A stretch of DNA of 64,000 nucleotides, taken from Elusimicrobiota bacterium. GTDB lineage: Bacteria > Elusimicrobiota > Elusimicrobia > F11. The first letter of the stretch is position 1; each line of letters begins with the position of its first letter. The stretch lies in contig JBGAON010000002.1 in the NCBI GenBank assembly GCA_044221725.1, forward strand, positions 448,001-512,000. The letters run 5' to 3'. The translations under genes and the position numbers were made by a program. Shown here in pieces: positions 1-9,017 of the stretch. The notes under the pieces are model-generated. The model was given only the letters and a program-made list of their open reading frames with translations, made no database searches and was not told the DNA's origin.

Positions 1-944
1 CCACGGTGGTTGGTGTTGTTGGTTTTGTTTATACCGCTCTCTATCTCATCGTTGTTCGCCCTGGCACCGGTGGCACACTATTGGATTGGGCGCTTGGGTA
101 CGCCGGTTACGGCGGAAGTCGCAACGCGCTTAACAGCCAATTTTGGGCCGATAGCGCTCAAACGGTTTTGCGCGGCGCGTGGTTCGGCTGGGTGCATGTC
201 TTTTTTACGCCTTCCTCGAGCAGGTTTGTCGAGGGAATTTCGATTGCAGGCACACTTTTCATGCTGGTCATGGTCGGCACCGCCTTTTACCGGATTAAAT
301 TTCTCGAGCGGGAGCAGCGATCGCTCGCGTTGCTGCTCGTTTTTTGGGGGGTGTTGGATGGACTATTTCTATTGTTTTGGAGTCCCGGGCAAGAAGGGTT
401 TCGCCTGCACGTGTTGGTGCCATGGATCGTGGTTGTTGGATTGTCTCTCAGGTCCCGCCTCGTCAATTGGATGTTCGCTGGATTGTCCGTGCTCTTTTTC
501 TATGTGAATTTCACGTTCGGAATTTTCCCGGCGGCATTTATTCAGAACAACGTTGGATATCAAAGCCTGCGCACCATCCGCGATCGCATTCACCGCGGCG
601 ACGTTGTGCTCACGGGGGAATCCGGCGTGATTCCAGGAATCGAAGTTATGTTGCCGTATTTCTTTCCCGATTTGGCCGGCGGTACAATCGATGGAAGATT
701 AATGGCGTTCCGCGAGAGGGATCTCGGTCCGCTTCTTTCTCATTTGGAACAAAAATCAAGAGCCGGATTTCGCATATATTTTACCGACGACATTATGAGT
801 CCCAACACGCAGAGACGTATCGAACAACACCGCGGGCTTCGGACAGGCGAAGTCCAGAATTTTGTCAGACATTTTCGCGTGGCGGACGGTTTTGATTTGC
901 CGAGCGGAGCGCGGGTGCTACGAATGGAAGTGCTGGCGGGCTAA
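1..944 (+). CDS. Partial (5'-truncated) polytopic membrane protein with soluble C-terminal domain, possibly GT-C/ArnT-like glycosyltransferase
   Basis: Frame is open from the window edge; several hydrophobic helices are followed by a ~130-aa soluble tail; stop TAA 942-944. Family is a guess from architecture. Confidence 0.55.
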   Translation, partial: TVVGVVGFVYTALYLIVVRPGTGGTLLDWALGYAGYGGSRNALNSQFWADSAQTVLRGAWFGWVHVFFTPSSSRFVEGISIAGTLFMLVMVGTAFYRIKFLEREQRSLALLLVFWGVLDGLFLLFWSPGQEGFRLHVLVPWIVVVGLSLRSRLVNWMFAGLSVLFFYVNFTFGIFPAAFIQNNVGYQSLRTIRDRIHRGDVVLTGESGVIPGIEVMLPYFFPDLAGGTIDGRLMAFRERDLGPLLSHLEQKSRAGFRIYFTDDIMSPNTQRRIEQHRGLRTGEVQNFVRHFRVADGFDLPSGARVLRMEVLAG

Positions 945-2033
945 CTATTTAACGGGCTCGAGTCCCGGATTTCCCGGAGAACCTTGCATCTTGAGGCGCA
1001 AATCGTTTGGATTCGACGCGTAGTTGAGCGCATCCTGCGGCGAGATGAGTCCTTCCTCGAACATCCGAAGCAAGTCCTGATCAAACAAATGCATGCCGTA
1101 GGCGCCGCTCTTCTCGATCAAGAATTTCACTTCGTTCGCACTGCTCGCGAGCAACAGCTTTTTCATTTGTGAACTTCCCAGCATAATCTCCGTGGCGGGG
1201 AAAACTGTACGCCCGTTTTTTTCCGGAACCAACCGTTGACTGAGAATGGCCGTGAGCACATTCGTTAGTTGCAATCGAACGTACGGTTGTTCCTGAAAAT
1301 CAAACGTGTTCACGATCCGATCGACCGCGTCGAGCGTATCGCTGCTGTGAACGGTTCCAATGACCAAATGTCCCGACCCAGCTCCTTCGATTGCGGCACG
1401 AAATGTTTCCGAGGAAATCATTTCTCCGATCACAATAACGTCGGGATCCTGACGAAGAATATGCGCCAATCCATCTCGGAAATTCTCCACATCCTTGCCG
1501 ACTTCGCGCTGGGATATGGAGCTTTTCTTGCGGGTGTGCACAAATTCCAACGGGTCCTCGAGAGTGATGATGTTGTACGAGAAGTTTTCGTTCATGTAGT
1601 TGAGAATCGCGTTTAGCGTCGTGGTTTTGCCCGCCCCGGTCACACCCGAAATCAAAAACAGTCCGCGCCGCGACCGGCAGAGCTTTTCCAGCGTGTCCTT
1701 CGGCAGCCCGAGCTCCTGAAAGCTTTTTGATTCCGTGGGAATGATTCGAATGGCGAGCGCCGTTGTGCCACGTTGCCGATACAGATTTATGCGCAAGCGG
1801 CCGACCCCTTCCATTGGAATTGAGAAATCGAGCCCCGAATTCTTTTGAAATTGGTTTTTCTGCGCTTCGGTCATCAACGGATTGATGATCCCTTCTATAT
1901 CTTCGGGTTTTAATGGAGTGGTTCCAACCGGAATCAACTGGCCAAGCATGCGAACAAGCGGCGGTTCGTTCGCTTTGAGGTGGAGGTCCGACACACCCGG
2001 TTTAACAACTTTGTCCAAGAGAGCTTTCAGCAC
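945..2033 (-). CDS. PilT/PilU-family type IV pilus ATPase (divergent paralogue)
   Basis: SDLHL, Walker A GVTGAGKTTT, Asp box TLEDPLE, Walker B DPDVIVIGE, His box GHLVIGTVH; GTG start. Confidence 0.92.
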   Translation of the reverse strand: MLKALLDKVVKPGVSDLHLKANEPPLVRMLGQLIPVGTTPLKPEDIEGIINPLMTEAQKNQFQKNSGLDFSIPMEGVGRLRINLYRQRGTTALAIRIIPTESKSFQELGLPKDTLEKLCRSRRGLFLISGVTGAGKTTTLNAILNYMNENFSYNIITLEDPLEFVHTRKKSSISQREVGKDVENFRDGLAHILRQDPDVIVIGEMISSETFRAAIEGAGSGHLVIGTVHSSDTLDAVDRIVNTFDFQEQPYVRLQLTNVLTAILSQRLVPEKNGRTVFPATEIMLGSSQMKKLLLASSANEVKFLIEKSGAYGMHLFDQDLLRMFEEGLISPQDALNYASNPNDLRLKMQGSPGNPGLEPVK

Positions 2034-2100
2034 CTTCCATGGATAACGGGTTTTCGTCGATTTTTCAACGGATTTCCGCGTTTCAGGACGTTAAAGAATC

Positions 2101-2129
2101 TTGCGCTCAGCCAGACATTTTCCTACTTT
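2101..2129 (+). promoter_or_regulatory. Candidate sigma70 promoter, leaderless configuration
   Basis: TTGCGC (2101-2106), 17 nt, TACTTT (2124-2129), 7 nt, ATG 2137; no SD. Confidence 0.5.
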
Positions 2130-2136
2130 GAATTCA

Positions 2137-2928
2137 ATGGCCGCGATAGAGAGACGTTCGGATCCCACGGTTTTAAGCATTCGCAAAATTCGCGATGGAA
2201 AAGACCGGTCTCAGGTTTTTTGCGAGGGATTCACGATTGTCGAGGAACTGTTTCACTCCGATTGGACGCCGACCGGCGTCTGTTGCACGAAAGACCACCT
2301 CGCCGAAGCGAAGCAAATCGTCTCTCGGTCCCGGTACTCTGCTGTTCCAATTCGTGTGCTGAGCCAAAATGTAATGGATTTCTGTTCGGATTTGAGCACG
2401 GCGCCCGGAATTTTGGCAACGGCAAAACCGACCACCGCATCCTCCACCCAAAAAACAAAAGCGGGATCAGCACTCGTGCTGGTTATTCACGGCGTTCAAC
2501 TTCCTCAAAATGTGGGATCGTTGGTGCGGACGGCCGAGGGCGCGGGCGTCAGCGAAATTTTCGTGACGTCCACCACGGCGGACCCGTTCGGCCCCAAAGC
2601 GATCCGCGGATCGGCCGGCAGCATTTTTCGGATGCCTGTCTCGAAATTCGACTCGCTTAAAGCGGCGGTGGAAATTCTCCGGAAACAAAACATTTCATCG
2701 TATGCGGCCACGGCCAATGGGGCGCTCGCTTACGACGAAGTTAATTGGAAAAATGATTCGGCGCTGATTATGGGATCCGAAGGGGCCGGATTTGCGAAGC
2801 AAGAACTCGACGCCTGCGACGAAACAATTCGGATTCCGATGAGCGGGAAAGTGGAGTCTTTGAACGTGTCGAACGCGGCCGCGGTTTGCCTTTTTGAAGC
2901 GGCGCGCCAGAGGAATCATGGATCTTAA
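2137..2928 (+). CDS. TrmH/SpoU (SPOUT) family RNA methyltransferase
   Basis: SpoU motifs PQNVGSLVRTA, LIMGSEGAG, IRIPMSGKVESLNVSNAAAV; ATG 2137 preferred over TTG 2101. Confidence 0.92.
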   Translation: MAAIERRSDPTVLSIRKIRDGKDRSQVFCEGFTIVEELFHSDWTPTGVCCTKDHLAEAKQIVSRSRYSAVPIRVLSQNVMDFCSDLSTAPGILATAKPTTASSTQKTKAGSALVLVIHGVQLPQNVGSLVRTAEGAGVSEIFVTSTTADPFGPKAIRGSAGSIFRMPVSKFDSLKAAVEILRKQNISSYAATANGALAYDEVNWKNDSALIMGSEGAGFAKQELDACDETIRIPMSGKVESLNVSNAAAVCLFEAARQRNHGS

Positions 2929-3652
2929 AAATAGAGTCGTGTGGATTGTCGGTGGCGCCCGGATTGGATCTATCGTTGCGGAGGAGCTGGCGAAGCGAGG
3001 GGCTCACATTGCGCTCTCGTATCGATCGTCGCGGGATGCCGCGCAGCAAACAGCGAAGCGCGTTCAACAATTCGGAGTTCGTTCGGGTATTTTTAAGGGC
3101 GATGTCACGAAAAGCGGTGACGTGAAAAAAATAATCGGTCAGATTGCAAAAACGTTTGGAAAGCTTAACGTGCTTGTGAACATGGCGTCAATCTACGAAA
3201 AGACGCCGCTAGCAAAACTAACGGAAGCCGATTGGGAGAAGAGCATCGCCGCAAATCTCAAATCCGCTTTTCTTACCGTTCTTCATGGCCAGGCCTTGCT
3301 GGAAAAATCCGAAGGTCGCGTTGTCAACTTTTCTGATTGGGTTGCCGGCAGCGGTCGACCGCGCTACACGGATTTCTTGCCCTACTTCACTGCGAAGTCG
3401 GGTGTGATCGGGCTCACACAAGCGCAGGCGCTCGAGCTGGCGCCAAAGATTTTGGTGAACGCAATCGCGCCCGGTCCGATTCTTCCACCAAAAGGGATAA
3501 AGAATGAGGAAGTCGACGATGTGGCGAGCGTCACGCCGCTCAAAAAATGGGGAGGACCAATGGAGATTGCGAAAGCCGTCATCTTTCTTTGCGAAACCGA
3601 TTTCGTCACGGGCGAATGTTTGCGCGTGGACGGCGGTCGGCATCTCTACTAG
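2918..3652 (+). CDS. SDR oxidoreductase, pteridine reductase/FolM-like
   Basis: GGARIG dinucleotide loop, LVNMAS, YxxxK (YFTAK), VNAIAPG, DFVTG..VDGG; ATG 2918 follows AGAGGA. Confidence 0.85.
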   Translation: MDLKNRVVWIVGGARIGSIVAEELAKRGAHIALSYRSSRDAAQQTAKRVQQFGVRSGIFKGDVTKSGDVKKIIGQIAKTFGKLNVLVNMASIYEKTPLAKLTEADWEKSIAANLKSAFLTVLHGQALLEKSEGRVVNFSDWVAGSGRPRYTDFLPYFTAKSGVIGLTQAQALELAPKILVNAIAPGPILPPKGIKNEEVDDVASVTPLKKWGGPMEIAKAVIFLCETDFVTGECLRVDGGRHLY

Positions 3653-3655
3653 AAT
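3627..3655 (+). promoter_or_regulatory. Candidate promoter for pilZ gene, leaderless configuration
   Basis: TGGACG (3627-3632), 17 nt, TAGAAT (3650-3655), 6 nt, ATG 3662. Confidence 0.5.
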
Positions 3656-3661
3656 CCGAAC

Positions 3662-4000
3662 ATGACGAGACCTGAAAAAAGAAAACAACAGCGGCTGGGT
3701 GCCAATCTTTTCGCCGAACTACTGGACGTCGCATCCGGCCAAGCTCGGGGTCGAGCGGTCGTGGTCGACGTCAGCCTCGGTGGCGTTGCGCTCGAATCGG
3801 AATCCGAATTTTCGCCTGGCGATCTTGTCGAATGCATGATTGAAGTGCCGCTGGTATTCCAAGCGAAAGTGGTGCGTTTCGAAATGAAAGGACAAATTCG
3901 GCGTTACGGTTTGAAATTTGTTAGCCAAAGCATTTTCGATAAATTGTTACTTAAGAAGGTATTAAAGGGCCCTCGTCGGACGCGCAAAGTCTCGCTATGA
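3662..4000 (+). CDS. Single-domain PilZ protein (c-di-GMP receptor)
   Basis: RxxxR (RKQQR) and DxSxxG (DVSLGG) motifs, beta-rich core, AKVVR...YGLKF. Confidence 0.85.
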   Translation: MTRPEKRKQQRLGANLFAELLDVASGQARGRAVVVDVSLGGVALESESEFSPGDLVECMIEVPLVFQAKVVRFEMKGQIRRYGLKFVSQSIFDKLLLKKVLKGPRRTRKVSL

Positions 4001-4488
4001 AGCGTTTCCGATTTGTCATTTTTTCGGTGATCACACTCGGTTTCTTGCCTCTGAACGCGACCTACAAAATGGGATCCAGTGATCCGGTAAGAGTTCACAA
4101 AAAGAGCAGCGCCTCCAAAATGGACAGTTCCGATTTCTCGTCCACGCACAAAACGGACCCCGAAAAAGATGCGCTGAAGAATATTTCGGAAAAATTTGGA
4201 ATTTCCGTCGACCGGTTGCATTATTATCGTCAGCTGCACTACGGATACGAAGAACTTGTTCCGGCGCTCGTGATTGCCCGTGACGCGCAGGTGGAAGAGG
4301 GCCGCGTGCTGAAAATGAAAACGGATGGAATGCCGTGGAAAGGAATCGTGGATTATTTTTCGCTAAATTTTGAAAATTTCAATAAAGAGACAAACGACGT
4401 GCTGAGTCCACTCCGAAAAACGCTTTCAAAAACGGCGTTAACCGAAACACCGAAAAATCGTGAGGGCTCGAAGAAACATGCAGAATAA
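3997..4488 (+). CDS. Exported hypothetical protein
   Basis: N-terminal signal-like segment (MKRFRFVIFSVITLGF), ATGA overlap with pilZ, helical-looking core. Confidence 0.7.
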   Translation: MKRFRFVIFSVITLGFLPLNATYKMGSSDPVRVHKKSSASKMDSSDFSSTHKTDPEKDALKNISEKFGISVDRLHYYRQLHYGYEELVPALVIARDAQVEEGRVLKMKTDGMPWKGIVDYFSLNFENFNKETNDVLSPLRKTLSKTALTETPKNREGSKKHAE

Positions 4489-5368
4489 ACCCGCCATTGG
4501 CGTGATCGGCCTGGGTATTATGGGAATGGCCATCGCGAAAAACGCGAAAAAAGCGGGCTTCGATGTCGGTGTCACCAACCGTTCGACCGATAAGAGAACG
4601 GTCGCCGAGAAAGAAAATTTTCGTGTGTTTGGCTCGCCAAAAGAGGTGACTCAACACGCGGACATCGTTATCACGATGGTTACCGATCCCGCCGCCGTGC
4701 GCGCGGTGTTGTCTGGTGATAACGGCGTTTTCAGCGCCACGAATTTGAAAGGAAAAGTTTTGATTCAAATGAGTACGATCGACGAGGCATCCACCGTTGA
4801 GTTTGCGAACGCGGCGTCTGAGAGGGGAATGGAATTTCTCGACTGTCCGGTTGCGGGGAGCAAGAAGCAAGTCGAAGAAGCGCAGTTAATTTTGCTCGCG
4901 GGCGGAGACTCGTCTCTTCTCGACCGGTGCAGTGAGCTCTTCAACGCTATTGGAAAAGCGGTTGTTCACGCCGGCGGCGTTGGCAAAGGCTCGGCGTTAA
5001 AGTTGTGCATGAATCTCATTGTGGCCCAAATGACAACGGCCCTTTGCGAATCCGTATCGCTAGCCGAAGCGCAAAGCGTAAATCCAGCGAAGATTTTTGA
5101 AGTGTTGTCGCACAGTCCGGCGCTCAATTGCGGGTATTTCAAAATCAAAGAGAAAGCGCTTCTCGAACAGAATTTTTCTCCGGCGTTTTCGTTGAACAAT
5201 ATGTTGAAAGATGTGCGGTTTATGGATGTCGCCGCGAAAACCAAACGGCTGAACATACCGGTGACCCAGGCCGTGAAATATTTAATGGAAGCGGCGGTTG
5301 CCGCGGGGCACGGAGAAGAAGATCTCACAAGCATTTCGTCGGTTTTAAAACCGGCAACAACCAGATAA
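4478..5368 (+). CDS. NAD(P)-dependent beta-hydroxyacid dehydrogenase (3-hydroxyisobutyrate/tartronate semialdehyde reductase family)
   Basis: IGLGIMG, FLDCPVAG, catalytic Lys in GSALKLCMN, FSLNNMLKD; ATG 4478. Confidence 0.9.
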   Translation: MQNKPAIGVIGLGIMGMAIAKNAKKAGFDVGVTNRSTDKRTVAEKENFRVFGSPKEVTQHADIVITMVTDPAAVRAVLSGDNGVFSATNLKGKVLIQMSTIDEASTVEFANAASERGMEFLDCPVAGSKKQVEEAQLILLAGGDSSLLDRCSELFNAIGKAVVHAGGVGKGSALKLCMNLIVAQMTTALCESVSLAEAQSVNPAKIFEVLSHSPALNCGYFKIKEKALLEQNFSPAFSLNNMLKDVRFMDVAAKTKRLNIPVTQAVKYLMEAAVAAGHGEEDLTSISSVLKPATTR

Positions 5369-5404
5369 GGCCCTTGTTACGGGTCTCAATACAGGAGGTT
5401 TTCC

Positions 5405-6022
5405 TTGGATAAAGTAGCTTGGGGTGGCGTCGTTGCGGCCGGGTGGCCCGTGTTGTCCGTCCTTTTTCTTGCCTCAATCGTCACGTTCGCGGTCATTCTC
5501 GAGCGCTGGAAAGTGTTTTCAAAAATAAAAATCGGAGCGGCGCCATTTCTTGATTCGGTTCGAAAATCGACGGACGCCGAGAAAATAATCTCGTGGTGCG
5601 AAAAATCGGATCAGCCACTCGCATTTATCACGAAAGCCATTTACAAAGCACCATCAACGCGTGAAGACAAAGAGCGCTTGATGCAACGAGCGATTCAAAC
5701 GCTCGTTCAGAAATACGAAATGCGCGTTTCCATTCTCGGAACTGTTGCGAGCGTAGCGCCTTTCGTTGGGTTGCTTGGTACCGTTATCGGAATCATTCGT
5801 GCTTTTCACGCGGTCGCATCAACGTCGGCGGGCGGCGCCAGCGCGGTCGCGATCGGAATTTCGGAAGCATTGGTAGGCACGGCGGCGGGGCTTATCGTCG
5901 CGATTCCCGCGCTTCTTGCGTACAACTATTTTGCGAATCAGATTCGCTATCTGACGCAAGAATGGGAGTTGGCCGGCGAAGAAATAATTGATCTTTCTCT
6001 CAAGGGAAATCGGGGCGCTTAA
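5405..6022 (+). CDS. MotA/TolQ/ExbB proton channel protein
   Basis: APFVGLLGTVIGI and GISEALVGTAAGLIVAIPA; SD AGGAGG 5393-5398 before TTG. Confidence 0.93.
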   Translation: MDKVAWGGVVAAGWPVLSVLFLASIVTFAVILERWKVFSKIKIGAAPFLDSVRKSTDAEKIISWCEKSDQPLAFITKAIYKAPSTREDKERLMQRAIQTLVQKYEMRVSILGTVASVAPFVGLLGTVIGIIRAFHAVASTSAGGASAVAIGISEALVGTAAGLIVAIPALLAYNYFANQIRYLTQEWELAGEEIIDLSLKGNRGA

Positions 6023-6448
6023 ATGAAAGTCGGTGGCTCGCGCGGCAACGGTCGCTATCACATTCAAGCGGAGATCAACATGATTCCATTGATCGACGTG
6101 GCGCTGGTGCTGCTTATCATCTTCATGGTCATTTCGCCGATTCTCGTGGAATCGCAAATGCGCGTGAACGTGCCGAAAGTGACGAGCACCGCTAGCAAGT
6201 CGGAGGAAACGGCACTCAAAGTTGAGATTGCGGCGAACGGCGGACTCGCGTTCCAAGGGAAAGTCGTCACGCGCGATGCACTGAAGACAGTCATGAGCTT
6301 GCAATTGCCTCCCGGACATAAGGCGTCGTTGCTCATTCAGGCCGATAAAGACGTTCCATTCGACTCGGTCGTATACGTGATGGACATAGCGAAACAGTTG
6401 AAAGTCGAAAAATTGGGCGTGGCGGTCCTTCCTCAAACGATGCAGTGA
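6023..6448 (+). CDS. ExbD/TolR family protein
   Basis: EINMIPLIDVALVLLIIFMV with the essential Asp; IQADKDV. Confidence 0.93.
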   Translation: MKVGGSRGNGRYHIQAEINMIPLIDVALVLLIIFMVISPILVESQMRVNVPKVTSTASKSEETALKVEIAANGGLAFQGKVVTRDALKTVMSLQLPPGHKASLLIQADKDVPFDSVVYVMDIAKQLKVEKLGVAVLPQTMQ

Positions 6449-7239
6449 TGCGCCGTTATCTTCTTTCATCGGCCGGTATTCACTTTTCTCTGCTGGGCGC
6501 GTTCTTGTTGTTTGGTTGGTTTCACCGCTCAAATGATTTCTTGATGATTGATGGATTTGATTATGTTGGTTCCGGTGGAGGCGGGGATGGACGCGCCGGA
6601 AGTGGAGGGATTCCCGCAAAAAATATGGGACAGGTAGTTCCAATGCCCATCAAGGTTCCGGTTCCTGCGAAACCCGCTCCCATCCAAAAGCCCGTGGCTG
6701 CTGAACAGACCTGGTCCGTTAAAAATCCCAAGACAGCGCCAACCCCAAAAGAAACTGCGAAACCGGACACGCCGATCGAACGAGCGGAAAAGCCACAAAA
6801 AGAACAATCGAATGTCATTCGGCTTGGTGTGCCGGCGAACACGCAACCGTCGGAGGGTGGTTTTGATTTCGGCACTGGAAAAGGCGGGGGCGGCGGAGAA
6901 GGCGATGGAAAAGGCTTGGGACTCGGGATTGGCTTTGGGCCCGGCGAGGGCGGGGGATTTGGCGGTTTCGGTGGTTACCTTCGGATTTTGCGTGAACGTA
7001 TTTGGTCCGAGTGGGCGCAAACCGCGGTCTATGGATCAAACGAAGTGTGCATCGTCGGGCTCACCGTGGCACGTAGTGGCGACGTGAGTGAGATCAAAGT
7101 TGAAAAACCATCGAACAATCCATTTTATGACAACGTCGCATTGCGGGCGGTTCGTAACGCGTCGCCGCTTCCGCCATTGCCTTCGAGTTTTTCGCGCGAC
7201 TCGCAACGGTTTCGCATCAAATTTCGACTGATCGAATAA
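6448..7239 (+). CDS. TonB/TolA-like energy transducer
   Basis: TM helix with SxxxH (SAGIH), Gly- and Pro/Lys-rich linker, TonB C-terminal-like domain (PSNNPFYDNVALRAV..ASPLPPLP); TGATG overlap with exbD. Confidence 0.85.
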   Translation: MRRYLLSSAGIHFSLLGAFLLFGWFHRSNDFLMIDGFDYVGSGGGGDGRAGSGGIPAKNMGQVVPMPIKVPVPAKPAPIQKPVAAEQTWSVKNPKTAPTPKETAKPDTPIERAEKPQKEQSNVIRLGVPANTQPSEGGFDFGTGKGGGGGEGDGKGLGLGIGFGPGEGGGFGGFGGYLRILRERIWSEWAQTAVYGSNEVCIVGLTVARSGDVSEIKVEKPSNNPFYDNVALRAVRNASPLPPLPSSFSRDSQRFRIKFRLIE

Positions 7240-7243
7240 TCGA

Positions 7244-8287
7244 ATGCGCATTCTTGTTATTCAGCTGAAAGCGATCGGCGATGTTATTTGCACGACCCCC
7301 ATTCCCGCCTACTTAAAGAAAGTTTTTCCCGATGCCGAAGTCGATTTTCTTGTCGGTCAAGTTTCGGCGCCGGTCGTTGAGACGAGTCCCTTTGTTGCAA
7401 ACACGCTTGTGTATGACGCCTCAAAGCCGCTGCGCGAAATTTCCCGAATTCGGTCGCGGCGCTACGATGTGGTGATTGATTATTTAACGAACCCGCGCAC
7501 GCGCGTGTTAACCCTCGCTAGCGGCGCGCGATGGAAAATTGCGTTTGATCGCGGCCTTTCGCGGTCGTTCTATTACAATTTCCGCGCTCCGGTGCCGTCG
7601 GAACCGGAGTATGTGCCGGTTCGGAAGCTGCGACTTATTGACGAGTGGTTTGCCAAAATTAAAGTGCCCTCCAAAAAGCCGGAATTTGTGCGACCCAAAG
7701 TTTTTCTTAACGCGGAAGACGAGGCCTTTGCTGAGGAGTGGATTGCAAACGAAGGACTGAACGGAATTCCGTTCGCGATTGTTATGCCGATTCACAAACA
7801 TCCGATTTGTCGCTGGCAACCCGAGGGGTTTCGTCAGGTTGCGACCGATCTCGTTCAAAAGTTGAAATTGCGCGTTTATTTTGGGTGGGGGCCGGGGGAG
7901 GAACAGGCGTTACGAAAAGTCCACCAAGGGCTCGAGAATCTCGTCGGGCTTTGTCCGCCGGTGTCCTTACGAAAGAATGCCGCTATTCTAAAACGGGCGA
8001 CCTTTCTGCTCGCGAACAATTCGGGATCGATTCATCTGGCTGTATCGGTTGGGACACCCACCGTGGCTATTTTCGGCCCGACCCGAGCTATCGATTGGAG
8101 TCCAGCGTTGTCGCCGATTGCCGATAACGGTTCCGATATCGCGCTACAAGCGGAAGGTCTCGAGTGTCTGGGGTGTCGTCTCAAAGAATGTCCGATCGGA
8201 CACCTGTGCATGAAGGACTTGTCGGCCGACACCGTGCTCGCGGCGTGCAACCGAATGGTCTCGGATACCAGATCAGCGAGACGATAG
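7244..8287 (+). CDS. Glycosyltransferase family 9 (ADP-heptose:LPS heptosyltransferase-like)
   Basis: MRILVIQLKAIGDV, NNSGSIHLAVSVGTPTVAIFGPT, C-terminal CxxC..C....C motif. Confidence 0.9.
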   Translation: MRILVIQLKAIGDVICTTPIPAYLKKVFPDAEVDFLVGQVSAPVVETSPFVANTLVYDASKPLREISRIRSRRYDVVIDYLTNPRTRVLTLASGARWKIAFDRGLSRSFYYNFRAPVPSEPEYVPVRKLRLIDEWFAKIKVPSKKPEFVRPKVFLNAEDEAFAEEWIANEGLNGIPFAIVMPIHKHPICRWQPEGFRQVATDLVQKLKLRVYFGWGPGEEQALRKVHQGLENLVGLCPPVSLRKNAAILKRATFLLANNSGSIHLAVSVGTPTVAIFGPTRAIDWSPALSPIADNGSDIALQAEGLECLGCRLKECPIGHLCMKDLSADTVLAACNRMVSDTRSARR

Positions 8288-8803
8288 TTCGGACACGTGC
8301 GCGCGAGCTCGAGTTATCATGGCTTGAGCAGAGTTGCCGTCACGCGGATAGATTGCCCATCCGATGCGCGCAAAAAGCAGTCCGGGATTATTCGGCCACA
8401 AGAACTGCTGCAAGATATCCGTCCAGCGTGACGTTAGATCGTTGTAGTGGCCCGCACGAATCACATTCTGTGTGAGCGAAACAAGTCGTCTTGCGATTGT
8501 GTCGACTTTTCCGGGATCGACAGCATCAAACACAAGTCCCAGGCCATCCTGAAAGAACCCGACGTATTGACTTGGATGAACGGCCATACGAACCGCCTGA
8601 AAAACTTCTCTTAGAAATCCATTTACTACATGCGGCGGCCGTTTTTTCCGGAACTCAGCCATATTTTCAATTTTTAACATCACAATAAAAAACGGACGGT
8701 TGGTTTCGTTTGACTTTTTCATCGTCAGCTGAATTTGGTTCGCGAACTCGCTGCTTGTAATTTGTGCGGCCGATGCCTGCTGAACCTGCGTTTTGTTGTC
8801 CAT
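8273..8803 (-). CDS. Stand-alone degenerate GGDEF-fold protein
   Basis: Aligns by eye to GGDEF (RPFFIVMLKIENM..FLREVFQAV..; ARIGWAIYPRDGNSAQAMITRA) but the signature reads FQDGL; SD GGAGGGG upstream on the - strand. Confidence 0.7.
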   Translation of the reverse strand: MDNKTQVQQASAAQITSSEFANQIQLTMKKSNETNRPFFIVMLKIENMAEFRKKRPPHVVNGFLREVFQAVRMAVHPSQYVGFFQDGLGLVFDAVDPGKVDTIARRLVSLTQNVIRAGHYNDLTSRWTDILQQFLWPNNPGLLFARIGWAIYPRDGNSAQAMITRARAHVSELSSR

Positions 8804-9017
8804 GATGCCCCTCCGACGACGAAGATATATTTATTATGCCTGTCTTATTTATGTGTCGTCGGTGTTTTGCTTCCCTATTCTTTACCCTCTGTCGACGGAA
8901 AATACAATGTGACAAATGGCATCCTGAAAATGGGCGGAGTTCTGCGCATGAAAACACGTCGCGAAAATTTCATCGGTGTGTCACCGTCGTTTAAACACTC
9001 AACCGTAGATTCGGAAC

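Noticed and set aside
2034..2068. Leaderless promoter for the PilU-like gene (TTGAAA, 17 nt, TATCCA, 6 nt, GTG on - strand)
   Set aside because: Spacing fits, but the -10 lacks the conserved final T; too weak to count.
8880..9000. c-di-GMP-I (GEMM) riboswitch suggested by GAAA and nearby c-di-GMP genes
   Set aside because: Lacks the GCAAA...GAAA...GACGCAAAG arrangement as far as I can see.
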